Assembly (NCBI GenBank): GCA_965223415.1
Contig: OZ245002.1
Span: 4,992,001-5,056,000, forward strand
Reading direction: 5' to 3'
DNA: 64,000 nt
Source of the DNA: Myxococcota bacterium
GTDB lineage: Bacteria > Myxococcota_A > UBA9160 > UBA6930
In this document: piece by piece, positions 41,361 to 51,730 of the stretch
Layout: each line of letters starts with the position of its first letter
Numbering within the stretch: the first letter of the stretch is position 1
Translations under genes and position numbers: made by a program
Notes under the pieces: generated by a model
Told to the model about the DNA's origin: nothing
Database searches by the model: none
What the model saw: the letters and a program-made list of their open reading frames with translations, nothing else

Positions 41361-44300
41361 TCACATGGAGCGCCGGTAGCGCCCCCCGACCTGGAACAGC
41401 GCGTCCGAGATCTGTCCCAGGCTCGCCACCTGCACGGTCTCCATCAGCTCCCGGAAGAGGTTCCCGCCGCTTCGGGCCGTCTCCTGGAGCCGGGCAAGGG
41501 CCGGCGCGCAGGCCTCCCGGTGCCGGGCGTGGAACTCCGCCAGCCCCTCGATCTGGGCCCGCTTCTCCGCCTCGCTCGCGCGCATCAGCGCCACCGGCTG
41601 CTGCGCCTCCTCCGGCTCCGGGTTCAGGAAGGTGTTCACGCCCACGATGGGCAGCTCGCCCGAGTGCTTCAGGGATTCGTAGTGCAGGCTCTCGTCCTGG
41701 ATCTTGCCGCGCTGGTAGTGGGTCTCCATCGCGCCGAGCACGCCGCCCCGCTGGGACAGGCGCTCGAATTCCTGGAGCACCGCCTCCTCCACCGCGTCGG
41801 TGAGCCACTCGCTGAAGTAGGAGCCCTGCAGACCGTTCTCGTTCTTGGCCGCGCCGAGCTCCCGATTGATCACGAGCTGGATCGCGAGGGCGCGCCGCAC
41901 CGATTCGGGCGTGGGCGTCGTGACCGCCTCGTCGTAGGCGTTCGTGTGCAGGCTGTTGCAGTGGTCCTGGATCGCGGTGAGCGCTTGGAGCGTGGTGCGG
42001 ATGTCGTTGAAGGCCATCTCCTGGGCGTGCAGCGACCGGCCCGAGGTCTGGATGTGGTACTTGAGCTTCTGGCTGCGTTCGTCGGCGCCGTAGAGATCGC
42101 GCATCGCGATCGCCCAGATCCTCCGGGCCACCCGGCCGATCACGTTGTACTCCGCGTCGAGGCCGTTGCTGAAGAAGAAGGAGAAGTTCGGCGCGAACTC
42201 GTCCACGGCCATGCCGCGGGCCCGGTAGGCCTCCACGTAGGTGAAGCCATTGGCCAGGGTGAAGGCCAGCTGCGTAATCGGGTTCGCTCCCGCCTCGGCG
42301 ATGTGGTAGCCGGAGATCGAGACCGAGTAGAAGTTTCGCACCTGCTCGTCGACGAAGAACTGCTGGATGTCGCCCATCACCTTGAGGGCGAAGGCGGTGG
42401 AGAAGATGCAGGTGTTCTGGGCCTGGTCCTCCTTGAGGATGTCGGCCTGCACCGTGCCGCGGACCGTGCGCAGGACGTCGCCGCGGATGCGCGCGTAGGT
42501 CTCCGCGTCGACGGCCTCGCGGCCGGTGATCCCGAGCAGGCCGAGACCGAGGCCTTCGTGGCCCGGCGGCAGCTCGGCGCGATAGGCCGGGAGCGCGTCG
42601 CCGCCCTGGCGCTCGCGCACCGCCTCGAGCTGGCCCGTCTCGCGCAGGTGCTTCTCCACCCCCTGGTCGACGGCGGCATTCAGGAAGAGCGCCAGCACCA
42701 TCGGCGCCGGGCCGTTGATCGTCATCGACACCGAGGTCGACGGATCGCACAGGTCGAATCCGGAGTAGAGGCGCTTGGCGTCGTCGAGGGTGCACACGGA
42801 GACGCCGCTGGTGCCGATCTTGCCGTAGACGTCGGGACGTTCGGCGGGGTCACGCCCGTAGAGGGTGACGCTGTCGAAGGCGGTGGAGAGGCGGGTGGCC
42901 GGCTGCCCCTCGGAGACCAGGTGGAAGCGCCGGTTGGTGCGCTCCGGCCCGCCCTCCCCCGCGAACATGCGCGCCGGATCCTCCTCGGCGCGCTTGAACG
43001 GGAACACACCGCTGGTGAAGGGAAAGTGGCCGGGCAGGTTCTCCTGGCGCAGGTAGCGGGTGAGCTCGCCCCAGTCGCCCCCGCGTGGCACGGCGACCCG
43101 CGGGAGCTTCGTGCCGGAGAGGGTTTCGGCCCGGTTCTCGACGTGGACCTTTCGGCCGCGCACCTCGTAGGACTGGCTGTCCGCTTCGTAGCGGGTGCGC
43201 GTCTCCGACCACGCCTCCAGGGCCTCCCGGAGGGCCGGGTCGAGGGCGTCGCGGCGGGCGGCGTGCTCGGCGGCCACGACCTCGCGGGCGGTACCGGCCT
43301 CGGCGGGGAGCGCGTCTTCGGCGAGGGCGAGGGCCTGGGCGCTCCGGGCCTCCCCGGCCAGCGCCTCGGTGCGGTCCCGATAGCTCCGCACGCAGCCCGC
43401 GATCTCCTCCAGGTACCGCTCGCGGCCCGCGGGCACGAGCGGCGGCGGCTCGGCGATGCCCTTCGCCTCGCGCTCGGCCGGCCGCGCCAGCGCCGAGGCC
43501 CCATCGGCCACGAGCCGCTCGCGCAGCCGCTCGAACACGACGTCGACGCCCGGGTCGTCCCACTGGCTGGCCACGGTCGCGACCACCGGAACCGCCTCGT
43601 CGTCGGCGTCGAAGACGGTGTGGTTGCGGCGCCACTGCTTGCGGACGTCGCGCAGGGCGTCGAGGGCGCCGCGGCGGTCGGTCTTGTTCAGCACGACGAG
43701 ATCGGCGAGCTCGAGCATGTCGATCTTCTCGAGCTGGGACGGCGCGCCGTACTCGGGTGTCATCACGTAGACCGAAGTGTCCGCCAGGTCGACGATCTCC
43801 GAGTCGCTCTGGCCGATGCCGGCGGTCTCGATCAAGACGAGGTCGAAGTCCGCGGCCTGGAGCACCTGCACCGCGTCCCGGATCGCCCGGGAGAGCGCCA
43901 GGTGGGCCTGACGGGTCGCGAGGGAGCGCACGTAGACGGTCTCGCCCTGGATCGCATTCATGCGGATCCGATCGCCCAGGAGGGCGCCGCCGCTGCGGCG
44001 CCGCGAGGGGTCGACCAGCAGCAGGCCGATGCGCAGCGCGGGGAAGCCCAGCCGGAAGCGCCGGACCAGCTCGTCCACGACGCTCGACTTGCCGGCGCCG
44101 CCGGTCCCGGTGAAGCCGACGACCGGCGCCGGCGCCCGACCGCGCCGGCTCGCGAGGAGCGCGCGGGCCTCCGCGGCCTCTCCGTCCTCCGACGGTAGGA
44201 GGGACTCCAGCCAGGAGATCACCCGCGCGACGCTGCCGGGCCGATCGGCGGCGAGCTCGCGGAGGGCGTCGCCGAGGGGCGGTGCCGGAAGCGCGCGGCA

Positions 44301-44738
44301 CTCGTCCACGATCGTGCGGATCATGCCCTCGAGCCCCAGGCTGCGCCCGTCCTCCGGACTGAAGATCCGGGCCACCCCGTGGGCGTGGAGGGTCTCGATC
44401 TCCTCCGGCACGATCGTGCCCCCGCCGCCGCCATACACGCGGATGTGTCCCGCGCCGCGGCTCGCCAGCTCGTCCACCAGGTAGCGGAAGAACTCCATGT
44501 GCCCGCCCTGGTAGGAGGAGATCGCCACCGCGTGGGCGTCCTCCTCGATCGCCGCCTCGACGATCTCCGCGACGGAGCGGTCGTGACCCAAGTGGATCAC
44601 CTCGGCGCCCTGGGACTGCAGGATGCGCCGCATGATGTTGATGGCCGCATCGTGGCCGTCGAAGAGCGAGGCGGCGGTGACGATCCGGATGCGCTCGGGC
44701 GCCGGCTGGATCGGTGTGACTTCGGCAGTGGCGGTCAT
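41361..44738 (-). CDS. icmF: fused isobutyryl-CoA mutase/GTPase
   Basis: ASLFDGHDAAIN B12 domain, GTGGAGKSS MeaI domain, RMFAGEG mutase barrel. Confidence 0.93.
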   Translation of the reverse strand: MTATAEVTPIQPAPERIRIVTAASLFDGHDAAINIMRRILQSQGAEVIHLGHDRSVAEIVEAAIEEDAHAVAISSYQGGHMEFFRYLVDELASRGAGHIRVYGGGGGTIVPEEIETLHAHGVARIFSPEDGRSLGLEGMIRTIVDECRALPAPPLGDALRELAADRPGSVARVISWLESLLPSEDGEAAEARALLASRRGRAPAPVVGFTGTGGAGKSSVVDELVRRFRLGFPALRIGLLLVDPSRRRSGGALLGDRIRMNAIQGETVYVRSLATRQAHLALSRAIRDAVQVLQAADFDLVLIETAGIGQSDSEIVDLADTSVYVMTPEYGAPSQLEKIDMLELADLVVLNKTDRRGALDALRDVRKQWRRNHTVFDADDEAVPVVATVASQWDDPGVDVVFERLRERLVADGASALARPAEREAKGIAEPPPLVPAGRERYLEEIAGCVRSYRDRTEALAGEARSAQALALAEDALPAEAGTAREVVAAEHAARRDALDPALREALEAWSETRTRYEADSQSYEVRGRKVHVENRAETLSGTKLPRVAVPRGGDWGELTRYLRQENLPGHFPFTSGVFPFKRAEEDPARMFAGEGGPERTNRRFHLVSEGQPATRLSTAFDSVTLYGRDPAERPDVYGKIGTSGVSVCTLDDAKRLYSGFDLCDPSTSVSMTINGPAPMVLALFLNAAVDQGVEKHLRETGQLEAVRERQGGDALPAYRAELPPGHEGLGLGLLGITGREAVDAETYARIRGDVLRTVRGTVQADILKEDQAQNTCIFSTAFALKVMGDIQQFFVDEQVRNFYSVSISGYHIAEAGANPITQLAFTLANGFTYVEAYRARGMAVDEFAPNFSFFFSNGLDAEYNVIGRVARRIWAIAMRDLYGADERSQKLKYHIQTSGRSLHAQEMAFNDIRTTLQALTAIQDHCNSLHTNAYDEAVTTPTPESVRRALAIQLVINRELGAAKNENGLQGSYFSEWLTDAVEEAVLQEFERLSQRGGVLGAMETHYQRGKIQDESLHYESLKHSGELPIVGVNTFLNPEPEEAQQPVALMRASEAEKRAQIEGLAEFHARHREACAPALARLQETARSGGNLFRELMETVQVASLGQISDALFQVGGRYRRSM

Positions 44739-45139
44739 TCGGAGGCCTCCCGGCTCAGCGCCAGGGCGCGGGCCCCCACGTGGTCCCGGTACTTCTGGAT
44801 GTCGTCGCGGAGCGCGCCGAGCTCGCGGATGCGCTCGTCGAGCTCGCCCAGGTGGCGGCCCAGCAGCTCGCCCAAGTGCTGGAGCATGGCCGCGGTGGAC
44901 CCCTCGATGGCGTAGACCGCGTTCAGCTCACCGATCTCGGCGAGGCTGAGACCGAGGGCCTTGAGCCGCTGGATGAAGCGCAGGCGCTGGAGCTCGTCGT
45001 CGCCGTACACCCGTCGCGCCCCGGCGCGGCGGCGCACGCCGGGAAGCAGGCCGAGCTCCTCCCAGTAGCGGACCGTGCGCGGAGAGAGGCCGGTGGCTCG
45101 GCAGACCTCACCGATCGAGTGCAGGTGCTCCTCGGGCAT
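44735..45139 (-). CDS. MerR-family regulator
   Basis: SIGEVC...RTVRYWEELGLL...LGLSLAEI. ATGA overlap with icmF. Confidence 0.9.
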   Translation of the reverse strand: MPEEHLHSIGEVCRATGLSPRTVRYWEELGLLPGVRRRAGARRVYGDDELQRLRFIQRLKALGLSLAEIGELNAVYAIEGSTAAMLQHLGELLGRHLGELDERIRELGALRDDIQKYRDHVGARALALSREASE

Positions 45140-45156
45140 GGGATCCCATCGGCTTG

Positions 45157-45205
45157 TTTGCCAGTTGACGTGAGCTGGCAAATATAGCGGACTGACTGCC
45201 AGTCA
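45157..45205. promoter_or_regulatory. two palindromic operator candidates between divergent merR and AKR
   Basis: TTTGCCAG-N10-CTGGCAAA (45157-45182) and TGACTG-C-CAGTCA (45193-45205). Confidence 0.55.
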
Positions 45206-45242
45206 CCAGCCCTCCTCGGCCTTCCTGTGCTACTCGCCCGGA

Positions 45243-46276
45243 ATGCTCCAAGCGGTCCAACTCGGCAGGAACAGCGGGCTGCGCGTATCGCGGCTCTGCC
45301 TCGGCACCATGAACTTCGGGGAGCCCGGTCGCGGCCACCAGGGCGACTGGACCCTGGGCCGCGAGCAGGTGAAGCCGATCTTCGAGGCCGCCATCGAGAA
45401 GGGCCTCTTCTACTTCGACTGCGCCGACTTCTACGGCGTGGGTGCCAGCGAGAAGGTGGTCGGCGGCCTGCTGAAGGAGCTCCTCCCCCGCGACGAGTAC
45501 GTGCTCGCGACGAAGATCGCGATGCCCATGGGGACGGGTGCCAACCAGGGCGGCCTCTCGCGCAAGCACGTGATGGAGGGAGTCGAGCGCAGCCTCGAGC
45601 GCCTCGGTCACGACTACGTGGACCACCTGGTGATCCACCGCCATCCCCACACCATCCCCGGCCAGGTGCCGACGCCAATCGAGGAGACCCTGGAGGCCCT
45701 CCACGACGTGGTGAAGGCCGGCAAGGCCCTCTCTACCTGGGCGCGTCGTCGATGTTCGCCTGGCAGTTCGCCGAGCTCCAGCACACCGCCGAGCGCAACG
45801 GCTGGACCCGCTTCATCTCGATGCAGAACCACTACAACCTGATCTACCGCGAGGAAGAGCGGGAGATGAACCCCTACTGCCGGCGCACCGGCGTCGCGCT
45901 CACGCCGTGGTCGCCCCTGGCCCGGGGCATCCTGGCGGGCTCCTACCGTGGCGGCTTCGAGGGGGGAACCACCGAGCGGTCCAAGGGCGGGGATCGGCTC
46001 CGCACCCAGAGCCTCTACCGCGGGGAGCGGGACTTCGACATCGCCGAGCGGGTGATCGAGGTGGCCCGGGAGCTCGGCCACACCCCCGCCCAGATCTCAT
46101 TGGCCTGGCTGCTCGGCAAGAGCGAGGTGGTCGCGCCGATCATCGGCGTCTCGAAGGTCGAGCAGCTCGAACAGCTCGTCGCGGCCGCCGAGATCGAGCT
46201 CGACGCGGAGACCGTCGCCCGCCTCGAGGAGCTCTACCGGCCCGTCGAGAACCTGCTCTCGATCGGGATGTCCTAG
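45243..46276 (+). pseudogene. aldo/keto reductase with a 2-bp frameshift
   Basis: N-half (LCLGTMNFG, DCADFYG, ATK) and C-half (YLGASSM, QNHYNL, PWSPLARG) are in different frames joined at CTCTCT 45729-45734. Confidence 0.8.
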
Positions 46277-46320
46277 AACGCCGGCAACGCAACAAACGGA
46301 ACCGGCCCCTAACGCAACAG

Positions 46321-47556
46321 CTAGCGGCCGACGACGAAGCTGACGCTGGTCGTTCCGCTGCCGCCGATGTTCAGGGTCTGGAAGTTGGTCGCGCCCTCGA
46401 CCTGGTAGTCGCCGGCCTGGCCGGTCACCTGGAGCGTGGCGTCCAGGAGCTGGCGCACGCCGGTGGCGCCCACCGGATGGCCGGCACCGATGAGGCCGCC
46501 GCTCGGGTTGATCGGCGTCTTGCCGTCGATCTCCAGCCAGCCCTCCTCGACCGCCTTCCAGCTCTCGCCCGGCTCGGTGATCCCGAAGTGGTCGATGGCC
46601 ATGTACTCGCTGGTGGTGAAGCAGTCGTGGGTCTCGATGCCGTCGATGCCGCTGACGTCCGGGATGCCGGCGCGCTCCATCGCGCTCGTGATCGTGCTGC
46701 GCACGTGGGGCAGGACGTAACGGTTGTCGGAGCTCTCGGCGACCTTGTCGTCGAAGCGCAGGCGCGCCGTGTTGTGCCCCCAGCCCTTGATGCGCGGGAT
46801 GTCCTCGAGCTTCTTGCCCATGCCCCGCGCGTACTTCTCCGCGTAGTCCCGGCTGGCCAGGAAGACGCACACCGCGCCGTCGGTCACCTGGGAGCAATCC
46901 GCGATGCGGATGCGCCCGCCCACCGCCGGGTTGTCGTCCGTGCGGCAGAGGGCGTGTTCCTTGTTCATGTACCAGGTGCGGGTCTGGGCGTTCGGGTTGA
47001 GCTTGGCGTTGTCGTAGTTGAGCCGGCTGATCTCGGCCAGGTGCTCGTCCTTCAGGCCGTAGCGCTTGTCGTACTCGTCACCCAGCCGGCCGAAGAGCTT
47101 CGGGAAGGGGAACTCGATGTCCTTCGCCTCTTCCTCGTACCAGGCCGCCGTGCCCAGGTAGGCACCGCCCTCGGAGGCGGAGACGGTCTTCATCTGCTCG
47201 ATCCCGACCACGGCCTGAAGGTCGTAGCGGCCTGCCTCGATCTCCGCGGAGGCGGCGAGAAGCGCGATGCTGCCCGAGGCGCAGGCCGCCTCGTGGCGGC
47301 CGGTGGGAAGCCCGCTGAAGGCCGGGTGCACCTCGGTGAAGAAGGCGCCCAGGTGGCCCTGCATGCAGTAGAGCTCGGCGGCGAAGTTGCCGACGTGGGC
47401 GCTCTCGATCTCCTCGGGGGCGATCTCGACCTTCTCGAGGGCGCCCAGCACCGCCTCGCGCATCAGCGCCGAGAAGTGCTTGCTCTCCTTGGTCCAGTTG
47501 CGACCGAAGTCGGTCTGGTAGCCACCGAGCACGTAGACGTCCGAACCGGCTGCCAT
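46321..47556 (-). CDS. thiolase (SCP2-type acetyl-CoA acyltransferase)
   Basis: [19 protein letters not shown]. Confidence 0.9.
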   Translation of the reverse strand: MAAGSDVYVLGGYQTDFGRNWTKESKHFSALMREAVLGALEKVEIAPEEIESAHVGNFAAELYCMQGHLGAFFTEVHPAFSGLPTGRHEAACASGSIALLAASAEIEAGRYDLQAVVGIEQMKTVSASEGGAYLGTAAWYEEEAKDIEFPFPKLFGRLGDEYDKRYGLKDEHLAEISRLNYDNAKLNPNAQTRTWYMNKEHALCRTDDNPAVGGRIRIADCSQVTDGAVCVFLASRDYAEKYARGMGKKLEDIPRIKGWGHNTARLRFDDKVAESSDNRYVLPHVRSTITSAMERAGIPDVSGIDGIETHDCFTTSEYMAIDHFGITEPGESWKAVEEGWLEIDGKTPINPSGGLIGAGHPVGATGVRQLLDATLQVTGQAGDYQVEGATNFQTLNIGGSGTTSVSFVVGR

Positions 47557-47574
47557 GGCAGTCTCCTTGATTCC

Positions 47575-48918
47575 CTAGCTGGCGACGAAGAAGCGCCCGG
47601 GGTTGATGTGGGGGTGCTGGAAGAGGCGCTCGCTCGTGCCCGAGCGCGCGATCTCCTCCAGGTTCGACGGCACGGGCAGCCCCGACTTCGCGATCATCTC
47701 GACCGCGGCCGGCGCGCCCATCGTGTCCACCAGCACCGACGGCGGGGCCCAGTTGAAGCCCATGCCCATGATGCGGTCGACGCCGTCGATGGTCTCGGTC
47801 ACCTCGCCCACCCGGTGGAAGGCGTAGCTGATGTAGCCGGCGATCACCTTGCGGGCAATCGCGGCGTACTCGCCTTCGGCGCCGAGGAAGCCCTGGATGC
47901 CCTCCCGGTACCGGCCCTGGGCATAGAGGTGGGCGACGTCGTCGATGTAGGAGAGATCGGGGAGGCTGACCTCGGCTTCGGGCTTGTAGTCCCCGCTCAC
48001 CGGATCGAGCACGTGGCGGACCTTGTCCTCCCGCCAGAAGAAGCCGCGGCCGGTCTTGTTGCCCAGCACGCCGCGCTCCATCAGCTTGTCCATGTAGGCG
48101 GGCAGCTTGTTCGTCTCGTGGGCCTCGTCGCTCGTGTTCTCGTAGACGTTGTCGACGATGGCCCGGTGGATGTCCCAGCCGACCAGGTCGATCGTCGCCA
48201 GCGGCGTCATGGCGCGGCCGGTGTAGGGGCCGACGAGCTTGTCGACGAGCACCGGGCCGTGCTCCTCGGCGAGCTGGGCGGCCTCGTTCAGCACCTTGAA
48301 GCCGACGCGGTTCCCGGCGAAGGCCGGCGTATCCGCCGTCCGGACGATCTCCCGGCCGAGGCGCGCCCGGGAGAAGGCCTCGATGAAGTCGACGAGCTCC
48401 GGGTCCGTGTCGTCGCCGGCGATCAGCTCGGTGCCCACGATGACGTTCGGCGGATTGAAGAAGTGGAGGCCGAGGAAGTTCTTGCGGAACGCGTTGCCGC
48501 GGCCCTCGCAGAGCTTGTTGATCGAGAGGCCGGAGGTCACCGTCGCCACGATCGCGTCGTCGCGGCGCGCCTCCTCGACCCGGTCGAACATGGCCTTCTT
48601 GACGTCGAAGTCCTCGGTGAGGGCCTCGAAGACCAGGTCGGCGTCGGCGACGGCTGCATCGAGATCGTGGTCGTAGTCGCCGACGTGGGCGCGCGAGGCG
48701 ACGGTGGGCGAGCGGACCTGCTTCACCGCGTCGCCGAGCCCCTCCTCGGCCTTGGCCTTCGTGCGGGCCAGGAAGGTGACCTTCGGGACGGCCTGGGTGA
48801 ACAGGGCGCCGCTCCCGTAGCCCATGGTGCCGTTCGCGCCGAGGACGACCACGTGCTCGAGCTTCCGACTGCGGGCGAGCTTGCGGACCGCGGCGGGGGT
48901 GAGAGGCGGGGGGGACAT
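47575..48918 (-). CDS. 3-hydroxyacyl-CoA dehydrogenase family protein
   Basis: GANGTMG, TVTSGL, GLHFFNPP. Confidence 0.88.
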   Translation of the reverse strand: MSPPPLTPAAVRKLARSRKLEHVVVLGANGTMGYGSGALFTQAVPKVTFLARTKAKAEEGLGDAVKQVRSPTVASRAHVGDYDHDLDAAVADADLVFEALTEDFDVKKAMFDRVEEARRDDAIVATVTSGLSINKLCEGRGNAFRKNFLGLHFFNPPNVIVGTELIAGDDTDPELVDFIEAFSRARLGREIVRTADTPAFAGNRVGFKVLNEAAQLAEEHGPVLVDKLVGPYTGRAMTPLATIDLVGWDIHRAIVDNVYENTSDEAHETNKLPAYMDKLMERGVLGNKTGRGFFWREDKVRHVLDPVSGDYKPEAEVSLPDLSYIDDVAHLYAQGRYREGIQGFLGAEGEYAAIARKVIAGYISYAFHRVGEVTETIDGVDRIMGMGFNWAPPSVLVDTMGAPAAVEMIAKSGLPVPSNLEEIARSGTSERLFQHPHINPGRFFVAS

Positions 48919-49081
48919 CGGGTGCTTGCTCCTTCCGGGGCCGAGGCCCCGCAGGCTCCCCGGGGGCGCGGCCGATCTCGCGCGTAGGCCACCTCCTGGG
49001 AGGTGCCGTGAGGGCCGACCCTAACCCACGGGGGCGAGTGGCGTCAAACGTGCCAATAGTTGAGGTGCCCTTGACCGGGAG

Positions 49082-49969
49082 TCAGTGATAGCCGAGGGAT
49101 TTCAGGCGGTTCGGTCGTTTCGTCCAACGGGGCTCCACCTTCACCCGGAGGTCCAGGTAGACCCGGGTCTCGAGCATCTCGGCCAGGGCATGACGCGCCG
49201 CGGTACCAATCCGGCGGACCATCTGACCGCCCTTCCCGACCACCATGCCCTTCTGGGACTTCTTCTCGACCAGCAGGGTGGCGCGGATCCGGGTGAGCTC
49301 CGGGTCGCTCTCGTCGAAGGCCTCGATCTCCACCGCCGTCTCGTAGGGCAGCTCCTGCTCCAGGGCCTCGAAGACCGCCTCCCGGATCAGCTCGGCGGCG
49401 AGGAAACGCATCGAGCGGTCGGTGACCTGCTCCGCGTCGTAGTAGGGCGGGCCTTCCGGCAGGCGTTCCACCAGCGCGTCGACGAAGGCCTCCACGCCCT
49501 CGCCGGTCTTCGCCGAGAGCTGGAGATCCGCCGGAAGGTCTGGCGGAGGCGCGCCGAGGTCGCCCTTCGTGGCGACCACCAGCGCCGGCGCGCCGCGGGC
49601 GGCGAAGCGCTCGCGCAGGGCGTCGTGCCCCGCATCCCAGCCGCGCCGGCCCTCCACCAGGATCACCGCCACGTCGCAGTCCTCGGCGACGTCGTCGACC
49701 ACCTCGTTCAGGAGCCGGTTCAGGGCCTTCGGACTCTCGTGGAAGCCCGGGGTGTCGAGCAGCAGGAGCTGCGCGTCATCCCGGCTCAGGATGCCGAGGA
49801 TGCGGCTGCGGGTGGTCTGGGGCTTGGCGGTGACGATCGCGAGCTTCTGACCGAGCAGGCGGTTCAGGAGCGTCGACTTGCCCGCGTTCGGGCGCCCGAG
49901 CAGCGCGACCACGCCGGAGCGGTGCGGGCGCTCGGGTGCGGCGGTGGCGTCCGACGGCGGCTCAGCCAT
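49082..49969 (-). CDS. era: GTPase Era
   Basis: GRPNAGKST, KPQTTR, DTPG, KH domain VVGKGG. Confidence 0.95.
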   Translation of the reverse strand: MAEPPSDATAAPERPHRSGVVALLGRPNAGKSTLLNRLLGQKLAIVTAKPQTTRSRILGILSRDDAQLLLLDTPGFHESPKALNRLLNEVVDDVAEDCDVAVILVEGRRGWDAGHDALRERFAARGAPALVVATKGDLGAPPPDLPADLQLSAKTGEGVEAFVDALVERLPEGPPYYDAEQVTDRSMRFLAAELIREAVFEALEQELPYETAVEIEAFDESDPELTRIRATLLVEKKSQKGMVVGKGGQMVRRIGTAARHALAEMLETRVYLDLRVKVEPRWTKRPNRLKSLGYH

Positions 49970-50663
49970 CGCTCTGGGCGCGCTCCAGGGCGGCCGCGGC
50001 GGCCGCGCGCTCGGCGGCCCGCTTGGTTCGGCCGGTGCCCTCGCCCCAGCGCTCGCCGGCGACCGCCACGGCCACGCTGAAACGATCCTCCGCCTGCTCC
50101 TCACCGCTGTCGCCGAGCGGCTCGTAGGTGGGCGTCTCGCGTAGCGCCGCATGGGCCCACTCCTGGAAGCGGGTCTTGGGATCGCGCTCCAGGTTGGCGC
50201 GGCCCGCCGCCAGGGGCCCGGCGAAGGCCCGCTCGACGAAGGCGAAGACCGCGTCGATGCCCGCATCGAGGTACAGCGCGCCCACCACCGCTTCGAGCAG
50301 GTTCGCGAGCACCCGATCCTTGTCCGCACCGCCGGACTGGAGCTCGGTGCGTCCGAGCTGCACGTACCGGCCGAGGGAGAGCTCGCGGGCCCGCGCCGCG
50401 AGAGAATCCGTGTTCACCAGGGCGGCCCGCGCGCGGGTGAGCTCGCCCTCCCGCCAATCCGGGTGGGCGAGGAAGAGAAGGCGCGCCGTCACCAGGTCGA
50501 GCACGGCGTCGCCCAGGAACTCGAGGCGCTCGTTGCCGCGGGATCCGTCGCGCTCGAAGGCGGCGGAAGGGTGGGTGAGTGCGGTCTCCAGCAGGGAGGC
50601 GTCGAGGAAGCGGTGGCCGAGGCGCTCGGCGAGCGGGTCGTCGGGGGCGAGGGGCGCGCTCAC
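49962..50663 (-). CDS. rnc: ribonuclease III
   Basis: NERLEFLGDAVL and dsRBD DPKTRFQE. Confidence 0.95.
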   Translation of the reverse strand: MSAPLAPDDPLAERLGHRFLDASLLETALTHPSAAFERDGSRGNERLEFLGDAVLDLVTARLLFLAHPDWREGELTRARAALVNTDSLAARARELSLGRYVQLGRTELQSGGADKDRVLANLLEAVVGALYLDAGIDAVFAFVERAFAGPLAAGRANLERDPKTRFQEWAHAALRETPTYEPLGDSGEEQAEDRFSVAVAVAGERWGEGTGRTKRAAERAAAAAALERAQSDG

Positions 50664-51730
50664 GGCAACGGGCCCGCGATCCACCCGCCGCCCAGGACCT
50701 CGTCGCCATCGTAGAAGACCGCCGCCTGGCCCCGCGCGAGCGCCCGCACCGGCTCGTCGAAGCGGACCGCCACCTCCTGCTCCGGACCCGGCGAGAGCTT
50801 GGCCGGCGCGGCATCGTGGCGGTAGCGGATCTGCACCCGCGCTCGGCACCCGGCCGGCGGCGCCTCGCCTCGCGTCCACGAGACACCGGCGACGCACGCA
50901 CCGGAGGTCTCGAGCTCCTCCGCCCGCCCGACGACGACCCGGTTGCGGGCGGCGTCCAGCGCGCGCACGTAGCGCGGCTCCGGCGTCCCGAGCGAGAGCC
51001 TCTTGCGCTGGCCCACCGTGAAGCGGTGCACGCCCTCGTGGAGGCCGAGGACCCGGCCCTCGCCGTCCACGATCTCCCCGGGCCCGGGCACCTTCTCCGG
51101 CCGCAGGCGCTCGACGACCCGGGCGTAGTCCCCGTCCGGGACGAAGCAGATCTCCTGGCTCTCGGGCTTGGCGGCGGTGGCCAGGCCGAGCTCCCGCGCG
51201 ATCTCGCGCACTTCCCCCTTGCGCAGGGCGCCGAGGGGGAAACGGATGCGGCGCAGCTGCTCCGGGCCCAGATCGAACAGGAAGTAGGACTGGTCCTTGG
51301 CCGGGTCGACGCCGCGCAGGAGGCGCGGCCCGCCGCCGGCCGGGTGGTCCTCGATCCGCGCGTAGTGCCCCGTCGCCACCGCGTCGGCCCCGAGGGCCCG
51401 CGCCCGCTCCATCAGGTGGTGGAACTTGAAGCGCCGGTTGCAAGTGACGCAGGGAATCGGCGTGCGCCCGGCCAGGTAGGCGTCTGCGAACGGCAGGATG
51501 ACCTCCTCCCGGAAGCGGTCCTTGAAGTTCGCGACGTAGAAGCGGATGCCGAGCCGGTCGGCTACGCGTCGCGCGTCGTCGGCGTCGTCGAGGGAGCAGC
51601 AGCGGCTCTCGCTCCCGGCCAGGTGCATCGTCACGCCGATCACCTCGTAGCCGGCACGGACGAGCAGCGCGGCGGCTACGGAGGAGTCGACGCCGCCGCT
51701 CAGGCCGACCACGACGCGACCGCTGCTCAC
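50660..51730 (-). CDS. mnmA: tRNA 2-thiouridylase
   Basis: SGGVDS, PIPCVTCN, ATGHY, KDQSYFL, SQEICF. Confidence 0.95.
   Translation of the reverse strand: MSSGRVVVGLSGGVDSSVAAALLVRAGYEVIGVTMHLAGSESRCCSLDDADDARRVADRLGIRFYVANFKDRFREEVILPFADAYLAGRTPIPCVTCNRRFKFHHLMERARALGADAVATGHYARIEDHPAGGGPRLLRGVDPAKDQSYFLFDLGPEQLRRIRFPLGALRKGEVREIARELGLATAAKPESQEICFVPDGDYARVVERLRPEKVPGPGEIVDGEGRVLGLHEGVHRFTVGQRKRLSLGTPEPRYVRALDAARNRVVVGRAEELETSGACVAGVSWTRGEAPPAGCRARVQIRYRHDAAPAKLSPGPEQEVAVRFDEPVRALARGQAAVFYDGDEVLGGGWIAGPLP

Noticed and set aside
46286..46319. AACGCAACA repeated twice between convergent genes
   Set aside because: Short, with no ORF or hairpin context; no supportable function.
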